Source: Holosporales bacterium
GTDB taxonomy: Bacteria; Pseudomonadota; Alphaproteobacteria; UBA3830; JAIRWN01
Assembly (NCBI GenBank): GCA_031267535.1
Contig: JAIRYS010000002.1
Location: 4,326-68,325, forward strand
Reading direction: 5' to 3'
DNA length: 64,000 nucleotides
How positions within the stretch are numbered: the first letter of the stretch is position 1; each line of letters begins with the position of its first letter. This document shows, piece after piece, positions 1 through 9,373 of the stretch. Under the pieces are notes generated by a model. That model was not told the DNA's origin. It saw only the letters and a program-made list of their open reading frames with translations, and made no database searches. A program made the position numbers and the translations under genes.

Positions 1-201
1 CTATATCGTTTTGTTGTTTATACCAACGCCGTGCAATTGTTTTTATGTTGGAATGAGGATGGTTTACTAAGTGTCGTCGAGCCGGCCAACAATTTGTGTA
101 ACGCTTGCCAAGAAATAGTGTCCGATTCTGATGAAATCGCGCTCAGATTAAAGATTATGAACGATATGTTAGGTAATCCTTGTTGCGATTACGACGAATG
201 A
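1..201 (+). CDS. 3' end of a hypothetical protein; the gene starts outside the window
   Basis: Frame 1 is open from base 1 to TGA at 199-201 (66 codons, ...NLCNACQEIVSDSDEIALRLKIMNDMLGNPCCDYDE). No recognisable motif. Confidence 0.3.
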   Translation, partial: LYRFVVYTNAVQLFLCWNEDGLLSVVEPANNLCNACQEIVSDSDEIALRLKIMNDMLGNPCCDYDE

Positions 202-281
202 CGCTGATTTGTACAGTTAATTCACATAGTTTATTGGTAAGCTGCATGCCGCAGTATTTGTGATTATGCGCCAATTTACGG

Positions 282-887
282 CTATTCTGGTAGTGGATGA
301 AGAGTGGCCATATGCTGAAGAGCCCCATCTTCTTTTTGTACAGTAACTAACTTGGACGTATTAGCTGTTGTAACCCCGTAAGTTTTCGTGCCGTTTGCTA
401 ACGTTCTAACAAAAAAACAATATATTGATCTATGATGCAACTTCCATGCTATGTCCCACCATTCATGGTGGTTCCTGTTTCGCACAGGGTCGCTAATTTT
501 TTCTATACTAAAAATGGCAACGCCGGAGATCGGATCCAAGTAGGTACATTGAGAGTGCGCTTCATTGCCGCGCTGTAATCCTCTGGCAATTAAACTTTCT
601 CCAGTTTCTCCATCACATGCCGCATGAGCGTTTTTTTGTAAATGATTGATTAATTTGCTGTATTTTTTGTCCCATTCTGATTCTGGCGGCATTTTTAGGT
701 TGGAAGTTGTTGCTAAAACCCTGAAAAGGCTTTCTTTGTGATTTATAATTTTAAATGAACGCGCCTGTTTTGGTGGTACGTTAAGGCTTGCCAAAAAGCA
801 CTCTGTCCTACTGGCGTCCGCTGTAAAACTTACAACACTACAGGCCAGAGCGAGCACAGACAAAAAAGATGTTAATTTATAACGCAT
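282..887 (-). CDS. Hypothetical secreted protein
   Basis: About 200-aa ORF. The N-terminus MRYKLTSFLSVLALACSVVSFTADA looks like a Sec signal peptide. ATG at 887; the track starts one codon earlier at TTG 890. No family recognised. Confidence 0.55.
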   Translation of the reverse strand: MRYKLTSFLSVLALACSVVSFTADASRTECFLASLNVPPKQARSFKIINHKESLFRVLATTSNLKMPPESEWDKKYSKLINHLQKNAHAACDGETGESLIARGLQRGNEAHSQCTYLDPISGVAIFSIEKISDPVRNRNHHEWWDIAWKLHHRSIYCFFVRTLANGTKTYGVTTANTSKLVTVQKEDGALQHMATLHPLPE

Positions 888-1039
888 CAAGAAATCACGA
901 TAAATTTAATTGGTTGATATTTAGTTAATTAAAAACATTTTTGACTTAATTTATATCTATAAACCTTGCCTAAAAATGCTGTACCTGCCCGTCAACTGAT
1001 TAATTTAGAAAAAAATATTCAATATGTTTCAAAAAGGTG

Positions 1040-1068
1040 TTGCAAAAAATTACACTAATAATTATACT
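1040..1068 (+). promoter_or_regulatory. Sigma70-like promoter of the LRR gene (TTGCAA-N17-TATACT)
   Basis: TTGCAA at 1040-1045, exact 17-nt spacer, TATACT at 1063-1068. It lies about 40 nt upstream of AGAGGAAAAG RBS + ATG 1108. Confidence 0.45.
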
Positions 1069-1605
1069 ATTATGCCATTAATGTTGACTGATATTAGAGG
1101 AAAAGTTATGAGAAGCATTATAATAGCATCAGCGGCGGTTGTGGCTGCTTGTTCCCGAGATCGCAAACTATGCGCGAACTAAGCCGGCTTTGCATGGTTG
1201 TGTAAATTTAGATGGAGTTTGTTATCACGAACAAAGCGACGGATCTTTTGATGTCGTTACAACGAAAATCTCCACCCCCTTCGATAAGTATCTTCTTTTG
1301 AGAGGGCCGATTTGTAGAGAAGGAAAAGCTGGCACGGTGAAACGTATTGTTAATGGCTCCCTCCGGGGTTTTATGTCCGCTAAGTCAAGTTGCGCATACA
1401 TTCCGGCAAGTGTAGAGGGACTAAACGATAGATGTTTTGATAAATTTCGCAATCTGGCTTGCATAGCATTTGAGTCCGGATCGCTCTTGAGAAGAATCGG
1501 CGATTGTGTCTTTTTAGACTGTACGAAGCTAAGTTTTATGTACATTCAGCAAAATGTTACGTCGCTTGAAAGACTCTGTTTTGGCAGATGTAGCGATTTA
1601 GGTAA

Positions 1606-1642
1606 CGTAACATTTGAGCGCGACTCGCAGTTGAAAGTGATC
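1606..1642 (+). repeat. Copy 1 of a 37-bp exact intragenic direct repeat
   Basis: cgtaacatttgagcgcgactcgcagttgaaagtgatc is identical to 1888-1924. A degenerate third copy starts at 2033. Confidence 0.9.
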
Positions 1643-1887
1643 GGCCCTAGTGTCTTTAGCGCCTGCGGTATGCCATTTGTGCACGTTCCGGAAAATATAA
1701 AAAGGTTCATCGATGGGTGTTTTAATGAATGCGGAATGTTTAGTCTCACATTTGAGCCAAACGCGTAATTGGAAACTGTCGGTCGTAAAACCTTTTTAGG
1801 CTGTTTCAATCTGGAATCTGTGCGCATTCCGGCAGGTGTAGGAAAGCTCGACGACGAGTGTTTTAGCGGATGCATCAGTCTGGCCAG

Positions 1888-1924
1888 CGTAACATTTGAG
1901 CGCGACTCGCAGTTGAAAGTGATC
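1888..1924 (+). repeat. Copy 2 of the 37-bp exact intragenic direct repeat
   Basis: Identical to 1606-1642 and offset by 282 bp (94 codons, two 47-aa double LRR units). Confidence 0.9.
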
Positions 1925-2442
1925 AACGGATCTACCTTTTCATACTGTTCCGATTTGCGATCCATGCGTATTCCGCCAAGTGTAGAAGTGTTCGACTATA
2001 GGTGTTTTGACGGATGCGTCAATCTACGCGAGGTAACATTTTAGCGCGACTCGCGGTTGAGACTTATGGGGACTATTCCTTATGAAGTTACGGTTATAGG
2101 TTGTCCTTTAGCCACACGAAGAAGGTAATATAAATCCAGCCAAGTTGGCTTAGTTTATAAATAGGGTTGACGCTTGGCATCCCTCAGCGTAACTACACAA
2201 AATCTCCAGCTGCTCTGCAACGGGGGGGCGCTCAAGTTGGTGGCAGATCATGCAAGACTTTATCAGCTTAGGTATAAACTAATATAGGCTCGTTAAACTG
2301 TGCGCCTGCAAGAAAGTGAAGTTTTGGTTCAAATTCGTCCATCCTAGAAAATCATGTTGAGGGATATCGTACTAATAATGGATGGATGCGCACTGTTTTG
2401 ATCTACGCTATCAAAGCAAAATCTATTATAAACCCTAAACGT

Positions 2443-3834
2443 CTATTCCAAAAAGGGAGGGTACTCAAAACTCCAACTCGTCGTGCCGTTCGGATTGTCT
2501 TTGACTGTAACGCAGAAGCGTTCTTTCAGTACGTCTCTAAGCTCGTCAGACTTCTGGAACTGTTTTTGGGCACGCGCCTTAATTCGCTCACTAATCAGGC
2601 CGTTGATTTCTTTCAGCTGGCCTTCTGTTACTTGACCTGCGCGTTTAGCGCCGATAGTGAAACCTAGCAGATGCATTGCTGCGCTCAAGCGCTGGATTAA
2701 CCCAGGATTCTCCTTCGGGTCACCACTTTGCCCAATTTGTTTGGCGAGTCCCACCATAAGCATAAGCGCTTTCGAAGTGTTGAGATCTTCACATAATGCC
2801 AGCATAATCGGATCGTTATGATCAAGCTCTTGATCGTCGTGCAGACTGTCTAAGCCGTCTGCAGCATTTGTCAGGCGATCAAAAGCGGCTTGCGCTTGCG
2901 CCAATCCACTGTCAGTCCAGTCTAGTGTTTTTGAATAATGTGTGGACAGTATGAAGTACTTCAGTACATTGCCGCTGTATTTCTTCAAAGCCGAGCTAAC
3001 TGTAACGATATTACCAAGGGACTTAGACATCTTTTTCCCGTCAACAAGCAACATGCCGTTATGCACCCAGTATTTTGCCATGCAAGACTTGCCCGAAGCG
3101 CACCGAGACTGCGCTATCTCGTTTTCATGATGCGGAAATATCAGGTCTTGGCCACCGCCATGAATATCAAAGGCATCCGATAAATATTTTGCGCTCATGG
3201 CAGAGCACTCTATATGCCATCCAGGTCGACCATATCCCCAAGGACTGTCAAAACCGGGATCATCGCCAACAGACGGTTTCCACAGCACAAAATCAAGCGG
3301 AGATTCTTTAAAAGGCGCGACTTCAACACGAGCGCCCGCAATCATTTCATCTGTATTTCTGTTCGACAGCTTGCCGTAAAGCGGGTCGCTGGAAACACGA
3401 AAAAGCACGTGATTTTCAGCTAAATACGCATGGTCCTTCTCTATTAGCTTTTGGATTATGTCTGTCATATCAGGGATGTGGTCGGTCGCACGTGGCTCAT
3501 GGGTTGGCGGTAAAAGACCAAGACAAGCCATCGTGTTTTGGTAATTCTTTAACGTTTCATCAGTCAGCCGCCTGATAGAAACACCCATTTCTCTGGCGCG
3601 ATTGTTAATCTTGTCGTCAATGTCCGTAATATTTCTTGCATATGTAACCTTAGGATAAAGGTGACGCAGAAGACGAAACAACACGTCAAACACAACCGCC
3701 GGACGCGCGTTGCCAACATGCGGCAAGTCATAAACAGTCGGCCCGCAGACATACATGCGCACATGACCGGGGTCGATTGGGGCGAAGGCTTCCGTCTTGT
3801 TGCTTAAGGTATTACGTATGGTCAGCTTGCTCAT
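2443..3834 (-). CDS. cysS: Cysteinyl-tRNA synthetase
   Basis: 463 aa. HIGH-type HVGNARP and KMSKSLGN motifs. 4-nt overlap with the upstream gltX. Confidence 0.95.
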   Translation of the reverse strand: MSKLTIRNTLSNKTEAFAPIDPGHVRMYVCGPTVYDLPHVGNARPAVVFDVLFRLLRHLYPKVTYARNITDIDDKINNRAREMGVSIRRLTDETLKNYQNTMACLGLLPPTHEPRATDHIPDMTDIIQKLIEKDHAYLAENHVLFRVSSDPLYGKLSNRNTDEMIAGARVEVAPFKESPLDFVLWKPSVGDDPGFDSPWGYGRPGWHIECSAMSAKYLSDAFDIHGGGQDLIFPHHENEIAQSRCASGKSCMAKYWVHNGMLLVDGKKMSKSLGNIVTVSSALKKYSGNVLKYFILSTHYSKTLDWTDSGLAQAQAAFDRLTNAADGLDSLHDDQELDHNDPIMLALCEDLNTSKALMLMVGLAKQIGQSGDPKENPGLIQRLSAAMHLLGFTIGAKRAGQVTEGQLKEINGLISERIKARAQKQFQKSDELRDVLKERFCVTVKDNPNGTTSWSFEYPPFLE

Positions 3835-5192
3835 TGCGCACCAGCTTGCAGTCGGGATTTTATTAAGTCTAATGACATAAGCTTCAGCATAGGCTTAAGC
3901 TCAGGTCCATGTTCTTGAGCAGTCAAACATAAACGTATTGGCGCGTACAGCTCGCGGCCGGATCTTTGGGTCTTTGATTTTATGTCGGCAAACCATCGTC
4001 CCCAATCCGATTGATAAGCGGAAGCGTTCCCTGTAAGCAAATCTAGGGCTGTTTTTAGTAAACTTTGGTCGGTTGAGGACATTCCGACTGGTTTGGCGAC
4101 GTTGCCGTATATAACATTCCACCACAATTTGGCCTCTTTAATCAGGGTTATGTTCCCGCGAATTAGCAACCAAAAGTCTTCGCCACCACCGTCCAGCCCG
4201 ACGGATTTAAGGCGTGATTCTGCGTCTTTATAAGACGTCTCAGATAAAAGGCTGTGGTTAAGCTTGTGTACCTCTTGATCATCAAACTTCGGCTCAGCTT
4301 TGCTGATTTTTGATATGTCAAAATCTTTAATCAAGTCGGTCATTGAGTTGCGAATTTCTATGGAATCGGAAGTCCCGAGTTTAGCTAACAAGCTGTTTAC
4401 CGCCATGGGTTCAATCCCTTCTTCTCGCCAGGTATTTATACTAAGCGCCGAAAAACGTTTGGAAAGTTCTTTGCCTCCTATATCGCGCAACAAGGGATAA
4501 TGACCAAACTTAATCGCAGATATATTCCCGCCAAGCGCTTTGTAAATATGCAGTTGTGACGCAGTGTTGGCTATATGGTCTGCGCCGCGGATTATGTGGG
4601 TGATTTGGCTGTTTATATCGTCAACAACCGATGCAAAAATATAGACAAAACTGCCGTCAGACTTGACTACAATCGGGTCGCTGGTGTTACCGGGCGAAAA
4701 TTCGATATGGCCATATATCATATCATCCCAAGACACGACGGCGTCCGCCAGCTTGAATCGCCAATGAGGCTTAATTCCACTCCGCTCAAGTTCTTTTTTC
4801 CTTACATCGCTTAGCTTAAGCGCAGATCTGTCGTATATCGGCGGCTTGCTGTTAGAAAGTTGAATCTTGCGCTTGAGGTCCAAATCTTCTTTGGATTCAT
4901 AGCACGGATACACCAGCCCCAGATCCTTAAGACGCCTAAAAGCGTTGTTGTAAGCGTCTATCCGGGACGACTGGCAAAATGTCTCGTCCCAACATATTTC
5001 AAGCCAGGAAAGGTCATTTTTTATCGCATTAGTATACTCCTCACGCGATCTTTCTTGATCGGTGTCGTCTATGCGAAGGATGAATTTTCCTCCGTGTTTT
5101 TTGACGAACAAATAGTTCAGTAATGCCGCGCGAATATTTCCTACGTGCAACATGCCGGTTGGGCTGGGGGCAAAACGGACTGTATAACTCAT
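3831..5192 (-). CDS. gltX: Glutamyl-tRNA synthetase, paralog 1
   Basis: 453 aa. RFAPSPTGMLHVGNIRAAL N-terminus and ELSKR loop. Forms an operon with cysS. Confidence 0.9.
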   Translation of the reverse strand: MSYTVRFAPSPTGMLHVGNIRAALLNYLFVKKHGGKFILRIDDTDQERSREEYTNAIKNDLSWLEICWDETFCQSSRIDAYNNAFRRLKDLGLVYPCYESKEDLDLKRKIQLSNSKPPIYDRSALKLSDVRKKELERSGIKPHWRFKLADAVVSWDDMIYGHIEFSPGNTSDPIVVKSDGSFVYIFASVVDDINSQITHIIRGADHIANTASQLHIYKALGGNISAIKFGHYPLLRDIGGKELSKRFSALSINTWREEGIEPMAVNSLLAKLGTSDSIEIRNSMTDLIKDFDISKISKAEPKFDDQEVHKLNHSLLSETSYKDAESRLKSVGLDGGGEDFWLLIRGNITLIKEAKLWWNVIYGNVAKPVGMSSTDQSLLKTALDLLTGNASAYQSDWGRWFADIKSKTQRSGRELYAPIRLCLTAQEHGPELKPMLKLMSLDLIKSRLQAGAQ

Positions 5193-5303
5193 ACGTTAAA
5201 GCCTGAACTCAGGCCAACTTATACCTAAAATAAGGCTTATTTTAAAATTGTTTCATAAACAAACTGTGACTATGCTGCTTGGTCAGACGCGTAAGGTGGC
5301 TTG

Positions 5304-6395
5304 ATGCGTATAGTTTTTGTTATCTCATCGCTTGGGTCAGGAGGGGCTGAGAAGGTCCTGTCGGGACTTGCCAACCGTTTTGTAACGAAAAACAATGAAG
5401 TATCAATTGTAACTTTCTCTCAAAAAGGCGCTGTTCCTTTCTATCCGCTTGATCCACATATAAGCCTAATACAACTGGATCAACTTAGAGAAGACACGTT
5501 TTGCCTAACGCGCTTAAAGAATATCGCTAAACGTATATTTTGCCTGAGAAAAATGCTGAAAGCCCTGGTTCCTGATGTGGTGATTTCTTTTATAGAGGTT
5601 ACAAATCTCACTGTTTTGATTGCCGGCATAGGCCTTAAGGCGCCAGTTGTTGTATCTGAGCGTACATCCATTAAAGATCATCAAATTCCAACGCTATACA
5701 AAAAATTACGCATGATTTTATACCGGAAAGCCGCTAAAGTCCTGACGCAAACTGAATCTAATAAACAATTGTTGAGTAATCTAAAGAATGTTCAAGTCAT
5801 ACCAAACGCAGTTACAGCCCCAAAACACCAGAAAAAACGCATGTGCTCTAAGGCAACAAACATCATCTCAACTGGGCGCTTGTGCCGGTCAAAAGACTTT
5901 GAGACTCTTATTAAAGCGTTTGCCGGCTTAGCGCCTCAATACCCCCAACTGAAACTGGCCATCTATGGCGATGGAGATAATAGAGCTAACCTTGAGAGCC
6001 TTATAGCTTCCTTTGGGCTTGAAGATAAGGTTTTCCTGCCCGGCGTTACTTCCGATGTGTACGGCGTTCTGCAAAAAGCGGATCTGTTTGTTTTTCCATC
6101 GCGATATGAAGGTTTTCCCAATGCTTTGTGCGAGGCTATGGCAGTCGGCCTTCCGGTTATAGCGTCTAATTGCCCAGGGAATATCGATGTTGTCAGAGAT
6201 AAAATCGACGGCCGACTCTTCCCGATTGGAAACGTAAATACTCTGACTGACCTAATGATTGAGCTGATTGAAGATTGCGAACAAAGACAACTCCTGTCCG
6301 ATAACGCACAACAAATAGTAACCAGATTTAATCCAGACGAGATATTTACGATGTGGGACCGGGTGGTTAACGAGGCCGCGAACCTTCGTAATTAA
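5304..6395 (+). CDS. GT-B (family 4-like) glycosyltransferase
   Basis: SSLGSGGAEK N-terminus and FPSRYEGFPNALCEAMAVGLPVIAS (EX7E region). ATG 5304 follows an AAGGTGG RBS; the track starts at TTG 5301. Confidence 0.85.
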   Translation: MRIVFVISSLGSGGAEKVLSGLANRFVTKNNEVSIVTFSQKGAVPFYPLDPHISLIQLDQLREDTFCLTRLKNIAKRIFCLRKMLKALVPDVVISFIEVTNLTVLIAGIGLKAPVVVSERTSIKDHQIPTLYKKLRMILYRKAAKVLTQTESNKQLLSNLKNVQVIPNAVTAPKHQKKRMCSKATNIISTGRLCRSKDFETLIKAFAGLAPQYPQLKLAIYGDGDNRANLESLIASFGLEDKVFLPGVTSDVYGVLQKADLFVFPSRYEGFPNALCEAMAVGLPVIASNCPGNIDVVRDKIDGRLFPIGNVNTLTDLMIELIEDCEQRQLLSDNAQQIVTRFNPDEIFTMWDRVVNEAANLRN

Positions 6396-7447
6396 TAGAG
6401 CGCTTTAAACGCTTGTCAAGCCGCCAAAAACACCAATCGCTTACGCCTGCATCAAATGCAGCCCGTATTTGCTGGTCAATTTGTTTATTGCCGTACTTTT
6501 GGTACGAATGAACGGGCAGCCAATTTGCAGTAAATCCCTGTAGGTAAGGGCGTATGACCGCTTTTGACTTATTGTTTTGCTTTTTGGCCTCGATCGCCTT
6601 TTGCAAAACTCTGTATACTATTTGGTACGGCTCAAGGTCCGGATGATCTATTCCCATTGAATTATCTCTATAATGAGACGGATAGATCATCGGACATATT
6701 ACATCCACCTTTTCCGATATAAGATTATAATCTTGGCCAATTCTCGCCGTAGCCTTAATGGTATCCTCGCCCAATGTGTCGGGAATAACACACCCAAACA
6801 CATCTACTGACACCTTAACTTTCAAGGATTTTAGCTCCTCCATAATAAAATCAAAGAACAATCCAATTATCTCTGTTCTTGAGGTTTTTTGCGCCAGCTC
6901 GCCATAGTCGGCCTCTTTATTTTCGAACGCAGAAAAACGTACGTAATCAAATTGTATCTCTAGAAAACCGGCTCTTGCTGCCGCCTTTGCTATATCTACC
7001 AAATATATCCAGTTTTTCTTTTCATAGGGATTTAACCAAACCATACCTTTCTTGTCCTGAAGGACGCTACCCCCCCCCCCCCCCTCCCTTGTTACGAACC
7101 GCAAGGCGCGGTATCAATCTGGCTCTGTAAGGATCCAAGAAAGCAACTATACGGGCGATTGGATATATTCTATGTTGCTTTAAAAGTCTGACAGCCGCTT
7201 TAACTTTGTCATTGCATATAATTTGGCCAAACTCATTTTTAACATCGACAACAACCGCATTGGCCGATACCTTTTTAGCAGTTGCGATTACTGAATAAAC
7301 ATCGTCTATCGAAGCAACGTATATACCGCGAATTGGTTCGCTTTCCAGCTTTCCGCTAGCTTGATCGTTTTTAGGTGCGCAGCAGAAAGTCAATACGGCA
7401 AAAATGACTAGTGTAAAACGATACGTTGGCATGTCACATTTTAGCAT
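6367..7447 (-). pseudogene. DUF4015 / GH-like putative polysaccharide hydrolase lipoprotein, frameshifted in a poly(G) tract
   Basis: Two ORFs (7067-7447 and 6367-7104) abut in different frames at the G15 run. Joined, they read ...AVRNK-GGGGG-SVLQDKKGMVWLNPYEKKNW...EIQFDYVRF, which is typical of the DUF4015 glycosyl-hydrolase-like domain. N-terminal signal MPTYRFTLVIFAVLTFCC. Confidence 0.75.
7070..7084. repeat. Homopolymer C15 on the + strand (G15 on the coding strand)
   Basis: Counted directly: c at 7070, ten c at 7071-7080 and four c at 7081-7084, followed by t and ccc. Confidence 0.95.
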
Positions 7448-7521
7448 AACGCACGTCTATGCACCAAGACAATGGCGTGATACCGTCGAATTAGAATAAT
7501 GGTTTATAAGCGCTAAATTTA

Positions 7522-9255
7522 GTGAGTAACGGACTTAATCAAATTAGGAATTTCCTATCAGAGGCCGATGTTGATGCGGTTATCCTACGTCATGGGGACG
7601 AGTATTTCAGTGAAGAAGTTCCTCCGCATTACCGGGTGTTCAGCTGGCTGACTGGATTGGATGTTTCTTACGGCCACATCATAGTTTCGCAGCAGGTCGC
7701 TGCGCTGTTCGTTGATGGACGATATATTTTGGCCGCTCAAGAGTTGTTAGACGACAGTATTTGGACTGTCTATAACATAAGAAAAAATTCCCCATTCGCC
7801 TGGATAGCGACCAATTTGATTGGCAAAACAGCTTTAGATCCTAAGCTTCATTCGATAAGTGAAGTTGAAAATCTGATACGCTCTGCCGGTGGAGAGAAAA
7901 AGATAACGCTAATTAACGACTTAGTTGATCGTTTTTGGAAAGACCGCCCGTCGCCGGAAACAAGTCGAATCTACGAGCATTCACTCGAATATGCTGGCGA
8001 AAGTTCTAAGTCGAAGCTTTCGCGAATCTCGGAGCGCCTGAATCAGCAACATTGCGAAGCTATTCTCATATCAGACCCGTGCGATGTGGCTTGGGTTATG
8101 AACGTGAGGGGACGCGATCTTAAGCACACGCCTGTAGCTTTTGCCAGAATGATAGTGTTTAAGGACGGTTCTTACAAAATATATACTGACGCGTCTTCCT
8201 CTGATTTAAAAACTTATCCCTCTGCTCAAATCCTGGCCGACTTGAACATCTTTAAGGGGAAGATACTAATCGACCCAAGTAATACCCCATACTCCATAAA
8301 AGCTCAGTTAAACCTTGCAGAAGCAGCATACAAGCCTTGCATAATCCAAAGTTTCAAAAGCATAAAGAGCGCAAATGAACTTGATGGAGCGCGTAAGGCC
8401 AACATATTGGATGGAGCGGCAATAACCTCGCTGTTGTTCTGGCTGCATCAAAAAATGGCCGACAATGCCGACGTTTTTGAAAAAGACGTCTCGGATAAAA
8501 TTGCTGAGTTAAGGGCTAAAAGCGACCTGTATGTTAGCGACAGCTTCTCTTGCATAGCCGCTTTTGGGAAAAACGCCGCAAACGTGCACTATAAAATTAC
8601 CGGCCGCGGAGAAAAGCTGTCTCGCGCCGGCCTTTTCCTTCTCGATACTGGCGGGCAGTACCGATGCGGCACGACGGACATGACTAGAACTATGTGCTTT
8701 AATTGGCCCGCTGTGGAGGAGCAAGACGCCTATACTCGTGTATTAAAGGGGCATATAGCTTTGGCCAGCGCTGTTTTCCCCGTGGGGACAACCGGATACC
8801 AGATTGATTGCCTCGCCAGGCAATATCTATGGCAAGTGGGGCTGGATTATGATCACGGCACAGGTCATGGCATAGGCAGTTTTCTTGGGGTACACGAAGG
8901 CCCGCAAAACTTCAGTCGAAAACCGTCAAGCGACAACGCCTTACAGGCGGATACTCTTATTACAATCGAACCGGGATACTATCTTAAAGACAGGTTCGGT
9001 ATACGGATAGAAAACACTAATCAGATAGTGAAACTTACAACTCAAGAAGACGGCGGAGAGTTTTTGACGTTTGCCGCCCTAACCGCGGCGCCAATGGACT
9101 TTAAGCTGATCATGCCTCCTTTGCTTAATGAGCATGAAAAGGTATGGCTTAAAAGCTATCACGAATGGGTTTTGAGAATGCTGACTCCGCTTCTTGATGA
9201 CGACGTCAAATCATGGCTGATAGAGCAGACTAACCCTTATTTTAATGTCTTGTAA
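7522..9255 (+). CDS. pepP: Xaa-Pro aminopeptidase (M24B, long three-domain form)
   Basis: 577 aa. C-terminal pita-bread motifs HGTGHGIG, IEPGYY and IRIEN. GTG start. Confidence 0.85.
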   Translation: MSNGLNQIRNFLSEADVDAVILRHGDEYFSEEVPPHYRVFSWLTGLDVSYGHIIVSQQVAALFVDGRYILAAQELLDDSIWTVYNIRKNSPFAWIATNLIGKTALDPKLHSISEVENLIRSAGGEKKITLINDLVDRFWKDRPSPETSRIYEHSLEYAGESSKSKLSRISERLNQQHCEAILISDPCDVAWVMNVRGRDLKHTPVAFARMIVFKDGSYKIYTDASSSDLKTYPSAQILADLNIFKGKILIDPSNTPYSIKAQLNLAEAAYKPCIIQSFKSIKSANELDGARKANILDGAAITSLLFWLHQKMADNADVFEKDVSDKIAELRAKSDLYVSDSFSCIAAFGKNAANVHYKITGRGEKLSRAGLFLLDTGGQYRCGTTDMTRTMCFNWPAVEEQDAYTRVLKGHIALASAVFPVGTTGYQIDCLARQYLWQVGLDYDHGTGHGIGSFLGVHEGPQNFSRKPSSDNALQADTLITIEPGYYLKDRFGIRIENTNQIVKLTTQEDGGEFLTFAALTAAPMDFKLIMPPLLNEHEKVWLKSYHEWVLRMLTPLLDDDVKSWLIEQTNPYFNVL

Positions 9256-9373
9256 AACGATTCCGCTGGCAGAGGTTATACAGCAAGTGTATATAGCAAT
9301 TCCCGGGATGATATTGCTCTTGTTGTTGATTGCAGGTATCATCCGGCCAATATAGAGTCTATCTTTGCGCATC

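Larger units (their letters stand above)
1108..2128 (+). pseudogene. BspA-type leucine-rich-repeat (LRR_5-like) lipoprotein gene, inactivated
   Basis: Strong RBS + ATG 1108 encodes MRSIIIASAAVVAAC (lipobox-like) but hits TAA at 1180. The LRR body continues in another frame from 1139. In-frame TAA at 1766-1768 and TAG at 2042-2044; the frame then runs on to TAA 2126-2128. Repeats follow the pattern CFxxCxxLxxVTFExxSxLKVIxxxxFxxC. Confidence 0.75.

Noticed and set aside
2222-2228. Shorter G7 runs (2222-2228 intergenic, about 16846-16852 inside asd) as further phase-variable sites
   Set aside because: Runs of 7 are within chance expectation and do not disrupt any frame.
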